A DNA stretch of 64,000 bases from Cenococcum geophilum (taxonomy: Eukaryota): assembly GCA_050273025.1 (NCBI GenBank), contig CP158635.1, forward strand, positions 28,024,001 to 28,088,000. The letters are read 5' to 3'. A program made the position numbers and the translations under genes. The notes beneath the pieces were generated by a model that was not told the origin of the DNA, searched no databases, and was given only the letters and a program-made list of their open reading frames with translations. Positions 14,401 through 25,800 of this stretch are shown one piece after another. Position 1 is the first letter of the stretch. Each line of letters opens with the position of its first letter.

Positions 14401-15676
14401 GCTGCAGAAGTGCTGGATCCGGTGAATCGATATGACGAACATGGCGCGAAAGACAAGTGCGCGAACGTGTATATTCAGCGTAACTTGCCAAAGCGGACAT
14501 TGCTAGGTCACTCAGAAGTGCAAGGATTTGGCCTTTACATCGGCGAAAAGGTGAAAGCGGATGACTATCTCGGAGAATATAAAGGTGAGATTATCACGAA
14601 TGGGGAAGCAGGCCGACGTGGCGCAATCTATCACCATCTTCGGACGAACTATCTATTCAATTTGAACAAAGGTAGGCACATCTTTATAGCTTCTTTGAAA
14701 GTCGATGATATATTAATGTTAGCAATGGCCGTGTACAGAGCAAGAAGTCGACTCCACGCGCGCAGGCAATAAATTCCGCTTCATCAACAACTCCAACGAG
14801 GACAGCATCATAAACTGCTACCCACACGTCATGCTCTGCAACACAGTCGTGCGCATCGGCATGTACGCTAAACGCGACCTCAAAGTCGGCGAAGAGCTCT
14901 TCTTCAACTACGGCTACCCAAAAGAAGCCACCAAAGGCTTCTGGGAAAAGGGCCAAAGCAATAGCACCGCGTACAACCGCAAGCCCTCGGCGCAAGTCGT
15001 GACGGTGAAGTCGAAAAAGGACAAGTTCGCCTCGGCGTCGCTGACAGCCGCCTCCGCCTCGACCACGACCACACTCAAGAAGACCTCGATCCCGACGTCG
15101 CGTTCGACGTCGGCCGCGCGCCAGCCCAGGGCTGGCGATGCTAGGCCCCGCAAGAAGGGTGTCGCGGCCCCCCGCCCCGTCCGCAGCATCCAGGAACGCC
15201 GTGCGCAGACGGCGCGGGCTCGCGCTGTGCGCCTTAATGCGCTCCAGGCTAGCCGCTCTTTGAACCCTGTTGCGTCGACCAGCCGGTCTAAGCGCGATAG
15301 GGATTGTTCGTCTACTGTTGGCGGGGAGCAGGCGAGCATGGATGAGGCAGCTCGGCGGAGTAATGAGGAAGGGGACGAGGATGATGATGAGGACGAGGAG
15401 AGTGAGGACGAGGAGTATGTTGAGGAAGAGGAGATTGATGAGTTCGATGTTCCTGTTAGCGATGAGGATGCTGAGGGAGGCGCGGAGGAGGATGATGAAG
15501 ACGAGAGTGAGGAGAGCGACTTTGATGAGGAAGGGGATGATGTGGGGAGGTTGGGGAGGAGGGGTAGTATGAGGGAGGGAAGCAACACGAGGACGAGGAG
15601 CAAGAGCAAGAGCAGTGGGAGGAGAGGCGGTGCGAGGATTGGGGCTGGGAGGAAGAGGAAGAGGGGTGATGATTAG
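11494..15676 (+). CDS. kmt6: PRC2 catalytic subunit, H3K27 methyltransferase (EZH2/KMT6/SET-7 homolog), ~5 exons
   Basis: CRVCHLHNCPFHG Zn motif, Cys-rich CXC pre-SET (PCSHEGSC...RRFRGCTC...LNRECDADLC), SET motifs GFGL, GEYKGE, YLFNLN, RFINNS, GEELFFNYG; long disordered termini. Confidence 0.9.
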
Positions 15677-16436
15677 GGGAGTGGGAGCCTTTGAGGAGTT
15701 TACACTGTCCGATATCAGCTGAAATCACCAAATCACTTTTCTAGATGCTTACCGTTTTTTTAATGCGCCTCGTCCAATTGTCAGGCTCACTTCCAAAGGT
15801 TATTGGAGCCGTCTGGCTTATGGATACTGCAGAACAAGGCAGTGTGAAATGATTAGTGATTTTTGGTCCATCGTAACCTACTTGTTGACCTCGTGTAGGC
15901 TAGAATTGGAGTGCTCTATTATGCTGCCCCTAAGCTTGGCCTATGGCTTGTTCCCACCATCTCTATTCGACGTCTTGACTACGCCAAAATGACAGTGCGT
16001 TAGTATTGTGCCGCCTCAATGCCGATGAGGAAACTCCTAAGACCACTCTGGTTACTAGCCTTGGCCCAAAGCAGATTTTCGCCCACTTAACATCTCAATG
16101 AATTATAGCCCGTTTTGGATACTGATATTGAAGTGCATAGTCGTGAAGTCTGATTTTACCTGCAATCATCCTGGTAGTTGGCCTTAGTGTAGATTAACTT
16201 CCTCTCCAGCTTAAATGTCTCGTCTACATAGAAACCGCAGCGCGGGGGTAATAGTACATATCTTGGCTCATGGGAAAGTGTCAGTGTGGCTTGAATTCGC
16301 AAAGGAAGTTGCTAGCAACTCTGGCTGTAACCATTAAGTTGATAAACTAGGTTGCATGTTCGATGTTGTGATTATGCTAAACTCGCAGTGCTCGCCACTC
16401 CATCCGGGTATCCCTGTCCGTGACCTTACCTTAGTC

Positions 16437-17396
16437 CAGTGCTCTTATCAATATCAATATCAATACAATATGTTCAATACTGAAAGATATTGAATATTGA
16501 AGATTTTTAGAGTTGAGGTGGTAAAATGTAACTCCCGGGCCTCCTTACAATACGTGCGCATTTCAAATTTGTTAGGTAAACCCATAGAAAGTAAAAATTA
16601 CCGAACCTCAAATTAGATCGTGCAAGTCATCGCGCTCAACGTCGTCAATTTTGCACCCCCCCCCCTGTTGGAATTACAAGGTCATGGGGTCACAGCGGAG
16701 CTATCTTGAGGGTCTAATTGATGATAGAGATGACGCAGACGATGAATATTGATTGATTCGTGATGCAGTAGATGCGGTTGATGTCTCTCTAGATTGTATG
16801 CAGAGTTCGACCTTGCAGTGTGTCCAGAGCTTAGTCAGCATTCCTCACGCTAATTCTGACACCCCCGGACACTCTACCTTTGATCAACGCCATGCCCCCC
16901 TCATCTACCAACGTAATTGAGGACGATAATATATCCTATCCTATTTCTGAACCTGATTCTGATCGATTTACCCACTCTAGCGGCGACGACGCATTAAGCA
17001 ACTCTACACTAAATACACTACCCTAAGGTCGCCTCGTAAAAGGCGCCGGTTAGCTACTTCTACGTGGCAGCTTACCCGCGATCCTAGGGAGTACCAATAT
17101 TGGACGTACAGAGTGCTTAAAGAGCTGGCTACTAAGTAATATCACCGCTAGAGGGAGGCTTATGGCGACAGATGTGGTGCAAGAGACTTCGGAGGCCTTG
17201 GCAGAGTCTAGGGAGCAGCCGACGTCTACTACACCACGCCAAGGATCGCGAAGGTGGCGGTAGCAGTGAGAGAGCAGTCGCGAGAGAGCAGCTATTTTGG
17301 AGCTCTACTAGACCCCCGGGGGGGGAGCCTACTTTCAATTAAAACACCATGCCTACTATGTACTATATTCAATATTGAATATTGATAAGAGCACTG
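16437..17396 (+). mobile_element. Non-autonomous hAT DNA transposon (internal-deletion derivative, 960 bp)
   Basis: Terminal inverted repeats CAGTGCTCTTATCAATAT...ATATTGATAAGAGCACTG; perfect 8-bp TSD CCTTAGTC at 16429-16436 and 17397-17404; internal LGSTNIGRTECLKSW (17084-17128) resembles the hAT C-terminal dimerisation motif. Confidence 0.92.
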
Positions 17397-17454
17397 CCTT
17401 AGTCTAAACCAGGCCCCCTATGTAACAGCCCGCTTCTTATTATCAGAGCAGTCA

Positions 17455-17511
17455 GGCCGCCTACCCAACACCTCGAGAACGCTAAAATTGCAGTGCATCA
17501 TGCCGGCTCCT
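17455..17511 (+). repeat. Dispersed short repeat, copy downstream of the NLR
   Basis: CTCGAGAACGCTAAAATTGCAGTGC matches 22404-22428 at 23/25 nt. Confidence 0.75.
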
Positions 17512-17665
17512 ATCCCATGACTAGATAAAGAAGGTAGCTATGCTAAAGTCCTATACAAAGGGGTTGTCGACCTGGTGCCGATCACTACTATATTAGGATT
17601 AGATCGGGGGTGCCTATGGCTCATCGATTTCGTGTATATATAGTCTCTTTTCTTCATAGATCAAT

Positions 17666-20600
17666 CTACACACGAGTCCTCTTTCTTTTCTTACAATCGG
17701 TGCACGGACTACCGATCGACAGGGGTATGTTAGGTAGGTTGAACTTAAAAAATGTAACACGACCAGATGCATGCCCTAGGATAAGAATATTACTCTGGAC
17801 GGCCGAACCTGTCGCTCGATAATTAACAGGAAGCCAGAGCACGTTCTCCGACTTATAAGCCACCCAAGTCTCTTTTACAAAAAGTTCTTCTACAGAGCTT
17901 GGTTGGGGAGAAGTATTGCGGGAGAGAAAACTAATGTCTAACTGTCCTCGATCTGTTTCCAGGTATTCTCCATCGCTGGAAAATAATAGGCTCCCAATTA
18001 CGACACCAACCTCAAGCGTCTGCCGCGCCGTACCCGTGGCTGAGTCCCAGAGCCGGACGGTCTTGTCGTACGAGGCCGACGCGACCAGTTTGCCGTCCGG
18101 CGAGAAGGCGACGACGTTGATATCACCCAAGTGGCCCTGGAGCGTCTGCAGCGCCGCGCCCGTGACCGAGTCCCAGAACTGGACGGTCCTGTCGTACGAG
18201 GCCGACGCGACCAGCTTGCTGTCCGGCGAGAATGCGACGGCGTTGACACCACCAAAGTGGCCCTCGAGCGTCAGCCGCGCCGCGCCCGTGGCCGAGTCCC
18301 AGAGCCGGACGGTCTTATCGTTCGAGGCCGACACGACCAGCTCGCCGTCCGGCGAGAAGGCGATGGCTTTGACAGTATCCGAGTGGCCCTCGAGCGTCTG
18401 CCGCGCCGCGCCCGTGGTCAAGTCCCAGAGCCGGACGGTGCTGTCGTCCGAGGCCGACGCGACCAGCTTGCCGTCCGGCGAGAAGGCGACGGCGTTGACA
18501 CCACCCGAGTGGCCCTCGAACGTCTGCCGCGCCGCGCCCGTGGTCAAGTCCCAGAGCCGCACGGTCTTGTCGTGCGAGAATGCGTCGCCCAAGGCCAACG
18601 CGACCAGCTTGCTGTCCGGCGAGAAGGCGACGGCATTGACACTACCTGAGTGGCCCTCGAGCGTCTGTCGCGCCGCGCCCGTGGCCAAGTCCCAGAGCCT
18701 GACAGTTCTGTCCCACGAGAATATGCCACCCGAGGCCGACGCGACCAGCTTGCTGTCCGGCGAGAAGGCGACGATGTTGACAGTATCCGAGTGGCCCTCG
18801 AGCGTCTGCCGCGCCGCGCCCGTGGCCAAGTCCCAGAGCCGGACGGTGCTGTCGTCCGAGGCCGACGCGACCAGCTTGCTGTCCGGCGAGAAGGCGACGG
18901 CGCTGACACCACCTGAGTGGCCCTCGAGCGTCTGTTGCGCCGCGCCCGTGGCCGAGTCCCAGAGCCTGACAGTGTTGTCGCGCGAGAATATGTTGCCCGA
19001 GGCCGACGCGACCAGCTTGCCGTCCGGCGAGAAGGCGACGGCGTTGACACCACCCGAGTGGCCCTCGAGCGTCCGCAGCGCCGCGCCAGTGGCCGAGTCC
19101 CAGAGCCGGACGGTGTTGTCGCGCGAGAGTGTGCCACTCGAGGCCGACGCGACCAGCTTGCCGTCCGGCGAGAAGGCGACGGCCTTGACATCGCTCGAGT
19201 GGCCCTCGAGCGTCTGCCACGCCGCGCCCGTGGCCAAGTCCCAGAGCCGAACGGTCTTGTCGTCCGAGGCCGACGCGACCAGCTTGCCGTCCGGCGAGAA
19301 GGCGACGGCCCTGACATCACTCGAGTGGCCCTCGAGCGTCTGCCACGCCGCGCCCGTGGCCAAGTCCCAGAGCCGAACGGTCTTGTCGTCCGAGGCCAAC
19401 GCGACCAGCTTGCCGTCCGGCGAGAAGGCGACGGCCTTGACAATACCCGAATGACCCTCGAGCGTCTGCCGCGCCGCGCCCGTGGCCGAGTCCCAGAGCC
19501 GGACGGTGTTGTGCGAGAATATGTTGTCCGAGGCTGATGCGACCAGCTTGCCGTCCGGCGAGAAGGCGACGGCCTTGACACCACTCCAGTGACCCTCAAG
19601 CGTCTGCCGCGCCGCGCCCGTGGCCGAGTCCCAGAGCCGGACGGTGTTGTCGAACGAGGCCGACGCGACCAGCTTGCCGTCCGGCGAGAAGGCAACGGCG
19701 TTGACACCACCCGAGTGGCCCTCGAGCGTCTGCAGCGCCGCGCTCCACTCTTTTTGCACTTTCGGTAGCCTGGCGATCCAACTAACCATCTGCCCTTTAA
19801 ACTGTTTCCGAACTAAACTCATCTCTGGTGCAAATACCAGAGCTGAGCTATATATTTGAAGAGGCGCATTTTCAATTATTGATCGATTATTAAGGGCGAA
19901 TCGTTTTATATCGTGAATAAACGCTTTTAGATAGGGACTTTGCTTAGCCTTAACCAAAATTTAGTTACAATCTCTCTATATACTTCGACTGTTACTTACT
20001 ATAACCAAATTCTCTAAGCAAATTATCGCAAGTACGCCTTCAGAAGTCTTCCCTATTAAGCTAAGGGCCTCGAACCAGTGAAGTAAGTGCTCCCGCAAAA
20101 ATACATCTACCCGCCCGTTATCAATAAGTTTGGTCTCGCTCTTCTGAAGATGTTGCACCCAAAAACAGCATGCATACTGAAACTCTGCAGGCAGGCGCTG
20201 CTCTATCCGGTCGCCTTGAACATCCCTAGCAAGGGCGCCAGGTGCACGTAGACCGCAAATATCTCTTTCGAGCTTGTCAGACATAAGCCGTAGACAGCTG
20301 TCGGCTAGTACTCCGTGTGCTTCTTTCTCGTCCACCCACAGTTGTGGGTCTTGACATCTTTCTTTGGCAAGGAGGAAGTCGCGGAATGAAGGGTGGAGTA
20401 GCCGGATAGGGTAGGATTGACTGTCGGGAACATTTAAAACAGAATGTAGGTGACGCAGCCATATCTGTATTGTCTTGACATCTTTATATAGAAGCCTAGC
20501 GATGCAGATAGCAGAAAGGGGGTTAAAGAGAAGAACGATTGCACCAATAGTTAGCCTAAATATTGAAGTAAACTGCTGTCTCTTCTCAGGGCTTTTAATG

Positions 20601-22004
20601 CTCTTTAATGGATGCTCTAGAATTTGAGAATACATCTTGTCGAGATGCACAGTTGGGGATTCGTCAGTAGTTGTTGTATTGCTACTACTTCCTTGCAAGG
20701 AGTTATGTGTACTCTCGTTCGGAAGAAGAAGGCGAAAGATGTCATCCGGGGGCCAGTGCTTGCCTTCTTGCTCAATGAATCGACAGACTGTTGCAGCATA
20801 AATAAACAGGCCTTGAGCCTTAAGAACCAGGAGCTTAATATTTTCCTCGCCCGGCCAGCCAACCGGTAAGTCGTCGGACGCATTTCTAATTTCTTTCAGC
20901 TTGTGCTTCAAGAAAATTGAAATATCGTTGTTAACGATAATCGGCGAGATCTGGTGGAGGGCAAGGTCTCGATGTAGAATCCCTGGCATATTACGGAAGC
21001 CAAGCCGAATCGGGGTTTCTGGTCTACTAGTCACGAAGACTCGCAACCGGATAGGATTAAGCGATTTTGCCTCTACAAAGAGTTGAAGAATTCCTTGGAC
21101 GTCTTTATCTCCGTCACATTCGTCCAATGCGTCAATAACAAGGATCAACGGCGATTGTTTTGAAGTAGCCATCCACATGGAGAGCGGCTGGAGGATAAGG
21201 TGTTTCCATTGGTCGCGGTGACTCTGATTGGCAATATCGTTGCGCTCAGCTACCGTAGTATAGATATGCTGTTTTAGAGCAGGTGACGTCTCCCCCAGCT
21301 GCACAGCAATAGTGGTAAAGAACTTGCCAGCGTGACTTCGATCTTCCGTGCCCCTAGAGAAGAAAAAGCTTGCCCCGAGACGTTTCTGGTCATAGTATTC
21401 ACGGGCGATTGTGCGGGCGATAGTGGACTTGCCAGTGCCGGCCATGCCGTTCAGCCAAAAGATGCAGCTTTCGTCATCTCCATTAGTCCATGCCCTAATT
21501 TGGTTGAGGACGTCGACTCGAGTGTTTTGGAGGCATAGAGGGTCATGCTGTTTGTCGCGAGAATTGAAGGCTGCTTGAGTAACATATGGTAATACTTTGG
21601 GTAGGTTTTGTGGTCCTAAATAGATGGTCAGCATCTGAACTAGCCACCGACTCTCCGATAGAACCTCAAGACGTACCTCTGAAATTTACAGGTCCTCCTC
21701 CCGTATTGAACGTATTTCCAGCTAACAAATTTCCGGTCTGAGTCTGCAACGGCCCGTGGAACTGGTTGACAATTTGTCTAAATTCTCCGCTATGTCATAA
21801 ATATACACATTAGCCACTTAGAGCCTCAAACAGTTTGTGTAGGGAGCCCTTCACTGTCTAGTATACAAAGGCGACTGAGAAAGACTAAGCCTGACTTGGA
21901 ACAGTAAAGGCGCTAACTTACTCTACTATGCTGCTATCTGGCTCATGGAGCCTCTTGATGCCTGAGGGAAACGGCTTTGTAGGCGGGTTGGGGGTCCTGT
22001 TCAT
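17666..22004 (-). CDS. NLR-like NACHT-WD40 protein (NWD type) with short N-terminus; 4 exons
   Basis: Walker A GMAGTGKS, FFFSRG, Walker B LILVIDALDEC, TSRPE, LLHPSFRDFL; intron 19999-19949 joins NACHT to 13 WD40 repeats in frame; two small 5' exons (22004-~21922, ~21789-21677) splice in frame. Confidence 0.93.
18020..19729 (-). repeat. Tandem array of 13 highly conserved WD40 repeats (126, 138 or 141 bp units)
   Basis: Unit TLEGHSxxVxAVAFSPDGKLVASAS..D.TVRLWD.ATGAA.Q; 1710 bp = 13x42 aa + 24 aa of insertions. Confidence 0.97.
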
Positions 22005-22386
22005 GGTTGACGCGGTCGCGGAACTTTGATCATTCGAATGCTTGCCCGCGGGGGTTTCGCGGCCCTGTTGAAAGGAACGACGCATTGTCCCGGACGCGCC
22101 TTGCGCCAGACATGCACTCCGCGATGGAAATATCTGGATGGTCACGTTAAGATGGCCTTTGGACCTTACAAGTGTCACCTCATGAAGGCTAGAGCGACTC
22201 TGATTAAGGTTTTGGAAAGCTGCAACACCTCAGCCGTACGAGGTGGGCTGCAGGCCGTGTTTCCCCCCGACAAGCCTCTGAGGTGCTGGACCAAAAATGT
22301 AGCGAGGGTCAATGTTCCATATCTTGGCGCGTGAAAAAGTGCCACTGCATGAAGGCCTACAGGAAATTCTCAGGAACACCGTGTTT

Positions 22387-22445
22387 GGGCGCCTGGTTAT
22401 CATCTCGAGTAAGCTAAAATTGCAGTGCTAAGCTGCCTGCGCTCC
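22387..22445 (+). repeat. Dispersed short repeat, copy upstream of the NLR
   Basis: CTCGAGTAAGCTAAAATTGCAGTGCTAAGCTGCC; direct copy at 17455, inverted copy at 27445-27488. Confidence 0.75.
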
Positions 22446-22856
22446 TGTTATTCACTTGTCACCGGAAAGCTTGGCACTGATACAGCAACGGCTCTATTGA
22501 AGTGGCCTTCAACGTACGGAGTTAAGGGCGGTCTAACTTAAAAACGGCAAGAAAGCCGGCAAGGCGGAGTTTGCTTGTAGAACCGTAAAAAGGGCCCCAA
22601 ACCACAATAGGTCCATAATTGATGCTGTGTGTTAGCACGACATGAATTCGCACGAGAAGGGTGCGTGTATGAAGGACATTTCATCTAGCTTGTAGCCATG
22701 CACGGGTTATACAGAGATATCTTCTTAAACAGTTGAGCACCTAGATGGACAACATTGAAATTTCCACTCGATGATCCGCTATGCCTACTCATTGTTTTGA
22801 TAAATTCGCATTCCTGAAGTAGATGCCTTACTATTCGCACTTCTCCCGAGCAAGCT

Positions 22857-25800
22857 TTACTTTTTCCTACTTCTTGTATTCCCGCTCTTTTGCGCCTTTT
22901 TAGGCGGCTCAGTATATAAATCGTCTTCGTCGTCGTCCTCACTTGAAATAGGAGCTGCTGCAGACGCCGCTCTTCTAGGCATTTTCCCTTTCTTCCTTTT
23001 CCTCCTTCCATCCAAATTCTCCGCTCCATCAGCTCCGTAATCTTCCTCTTCTAGCCCAGCCTGCCCAGCGCCATTGTTACCATTCAACTCATCCTCCGCC
23101 ACACCCGCACTCGCCCCCTCCCTCTCTCTCAACCTCCCCAACGCCCTCCCTAACCTCTTCCCCGCCGGCTTCCCCCTCCCGCTCCCACTTCCCCCCTCTC
23201 TCATCCTCGGCGCAAACGCTCCCGCCCCAACACCCCCCTCAAAAAACCTGGTGATATTACTCTGCGTGCCCTCCTTCTCCCTGCGATTCATATCCCTAAT
23301 AACCGGCACCAGCACCTCATCCGTCCGCTCCCTCGACCAGCCAATACTCTGCATGAGGAACCCCCTCAACGCATCCAGATCCGGCACGCCCCACACGAAC
23401 GGCTGCGGATCCGGGTCGACATCCGGCGCCGTATACGCGGCCGCGACGCGGGGGTCCGGGAATGTCGGCGGCAAGAACAGCTTCGCGGCGTTCGCGCGGC
23501 GGAAGCGACGACGCCACGGACTCACCTTGTCGGCGTCTTTCGGCAGCGCGCCGCTCTGCACGCGGGCCCACCAGTCGCGGAAAGCGTCGAGGGACGCGAA
23601 TTCGCTGAGCATCTCGAGGGCGGTGACGGGGCCGATGCCCGGGATGCCGGCGGTGTAGTCGCTGCCGAGCAGCTGGGCGATGGCGATGAGCTTGTCGCGG
23701 GTCAGCGAGAACTCGGAGGCGAGGTCGGAGAGCAGGTAGCACTCGACGAATTTGGCGGCGTTGAACATGTTTTTGTACACGCGCGTGCCGCCGAAGAGGA
23801 AGGTGTCGCTGTCGTCCGTCACGATACCGTCGACGAGGCCGAGGCGCACGAGCTCCGCGCATTGCGCTTCCGCTTCCATGGGCGCGGTGATGTAGGGGAG
23901 CCCGAAGAGGGTGAGGAGTTGTTGGCATTCGCTGACCATGGTTTGGGTTACTTCGTCGGCGTCGCGCCGGTCTTTCTTTTGCTGCGTGCGCAGCTGGCGG
24001 AGCTCGGTGTCGAAGTCAACGGGGATGGTCGAGGAGGGGTTTAGGGAAGAGGCGAAGCGTGCGTGCTCTGAGGCTTCGGCTGCGAGTGAGGCGAAGAGGG
24101 CGGCATCGTCAGGGTCGGAGTAGATGTCAGAGTCTGAGTCGGGAATGTCGACGGGGATGGGAGCTGATACATCGTCTTCATCAGGCTGAAGAGCAAAGGG
24201 GGTTGTTATAGTTTCGTGCGCTATTGTTATATCTTCAAACTCGGGAGACGGTGATTTTGATGCTGATGCTTTTTGGCCGACCACTGTTCGCTTATCAACT
24301 GTTGATTTTCCATTGCGTTGGACCTTTGCTTCGCCATCACTCTCAGACCAGTCGATTGACTCGTCCTCGGATTCATCTGCGGCGTCAGGTTTGGGAGGTG
24401 ATGATGCTTGAAGCGCTGGACTCTTTTTCGTCGCTGGCAGTAGTGGTGGTGGTTCTGCTGTAGTTTTATCCGCAACGTCTCTGGCTCGCGTTTCTGGGTC
24501 TTCGACCAAACCGTCCTCCATCTCTGTATCACACTCTTTTTCATCATCAGATGAATCAATAATGACCACCTCTTTCGACTGGCTCCGGGGAGCATCTAAG
24601 TCAATAACTTCATGAGTTTCTTGCTTGCGTAGACTTGGTGGTTCTTGAAATTGATACTCTTCTTCTAAGGCTTTTCGGTCTCTTTGGCGATCTTGTCTCT
24701 CTTCTTTCTGAGCTGAAAGATCTTTTCGTAAATCACCAGCGAACCATGGCGGTAACGGCTCGCCTGATTTCTTCTTGAGATCCTCGACGTCCTTCTCGAA
24801 TCCACCGGCACTTTCCTCAGCAAGCTTCTGCATCTTCTTCTTGCCAAGAAGAGAGCTACCCAGGTCCAGCTTCTCGAACGGTAACGGGCCGTCGAATCCA
24901 GATGCTTTTGCAGCTTGAGATGCTACTGGCTTTTGCGTAGGCGCTATAGTTTGAACCCTAGGCTTCTCCATCTCTTTTGGAGTTTGATGAACGGCCCTAG
25001 GCGCCCGCTTCGATTTCCTTGACTCTAATAACGCAGCTTGTAGATCAACATCGTCTCCTTCGCTGTCGCTAGCTGCAAAAGGGCCCTTGGGAGCAACTTT
25101 GTTACTCCGAGAGTTTGCCATACGTGCGATAGCAAGTCCAGATCCGTTTGCAAATGGCTTACCCTCTTCAACACGCTGTTGCTGAAAAACTTCTCGATAA
25201 TCGTCCTGATCTTCACTATCTGATTGCTCCGGCTCTTGTTCATCCTGTTGAAGTGACATTGCGATTGCACGTCGAAGCTCTTCCTCATCTTCGTCTGATG
25301 CACCCTCTTTTAGATCCTCGAATAGGTCATCGTGGCCGGGAATATCGACGTTTTCCCATACACTATCATCGTCATCATCTTCATCTGCTAGGAAAAGGGA
25401 CTCTGAATCCTGATTGACTGGCTTGTGTTTTGTGGATTTTGGTTTCCTCGTAGTGCCTTGTGCACGGGATTCATAGAAAGCGCGTCGCCTTTTTGCCAGT
25501 TCGTCCGTAAGAGCATTCTGTGGTCCATTCTTCTGAGTCTGCAAAGGGTTTGGCCTGGGAAGTCGATTGAGCCCTTCAATCGGAACATCTTCAAATTCAT
25601 TATCGTCCTCCCACTCATCATCTTCGTCTTCATTGATTGGCTCGTGTAATTTGTCTACATCGATGGGCTTACTTCTCTGGCCCTCGTCCTTGCTGGTCAC
25701 CACTCCCAAAGCCCAACCACCTTCCACACCGTCATTTTTGACCAAGACATACTCCCTGCCCTTCTCTCCCGCAACTCTTGAGATGCCATTTACTCCAAAC

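Noticed and set aside
17916..19859. Long antisense and alternative-frame ORFs over the WD40 array
   Set aside because: By-products of GC-rich, stop-poor tandem repeats of the real minus-strand gene.
22005..22856. Adjacent amyloid-motif effector gene for the NLR
   Set aside because: The short ORFs here show no effector domain or matching motif.
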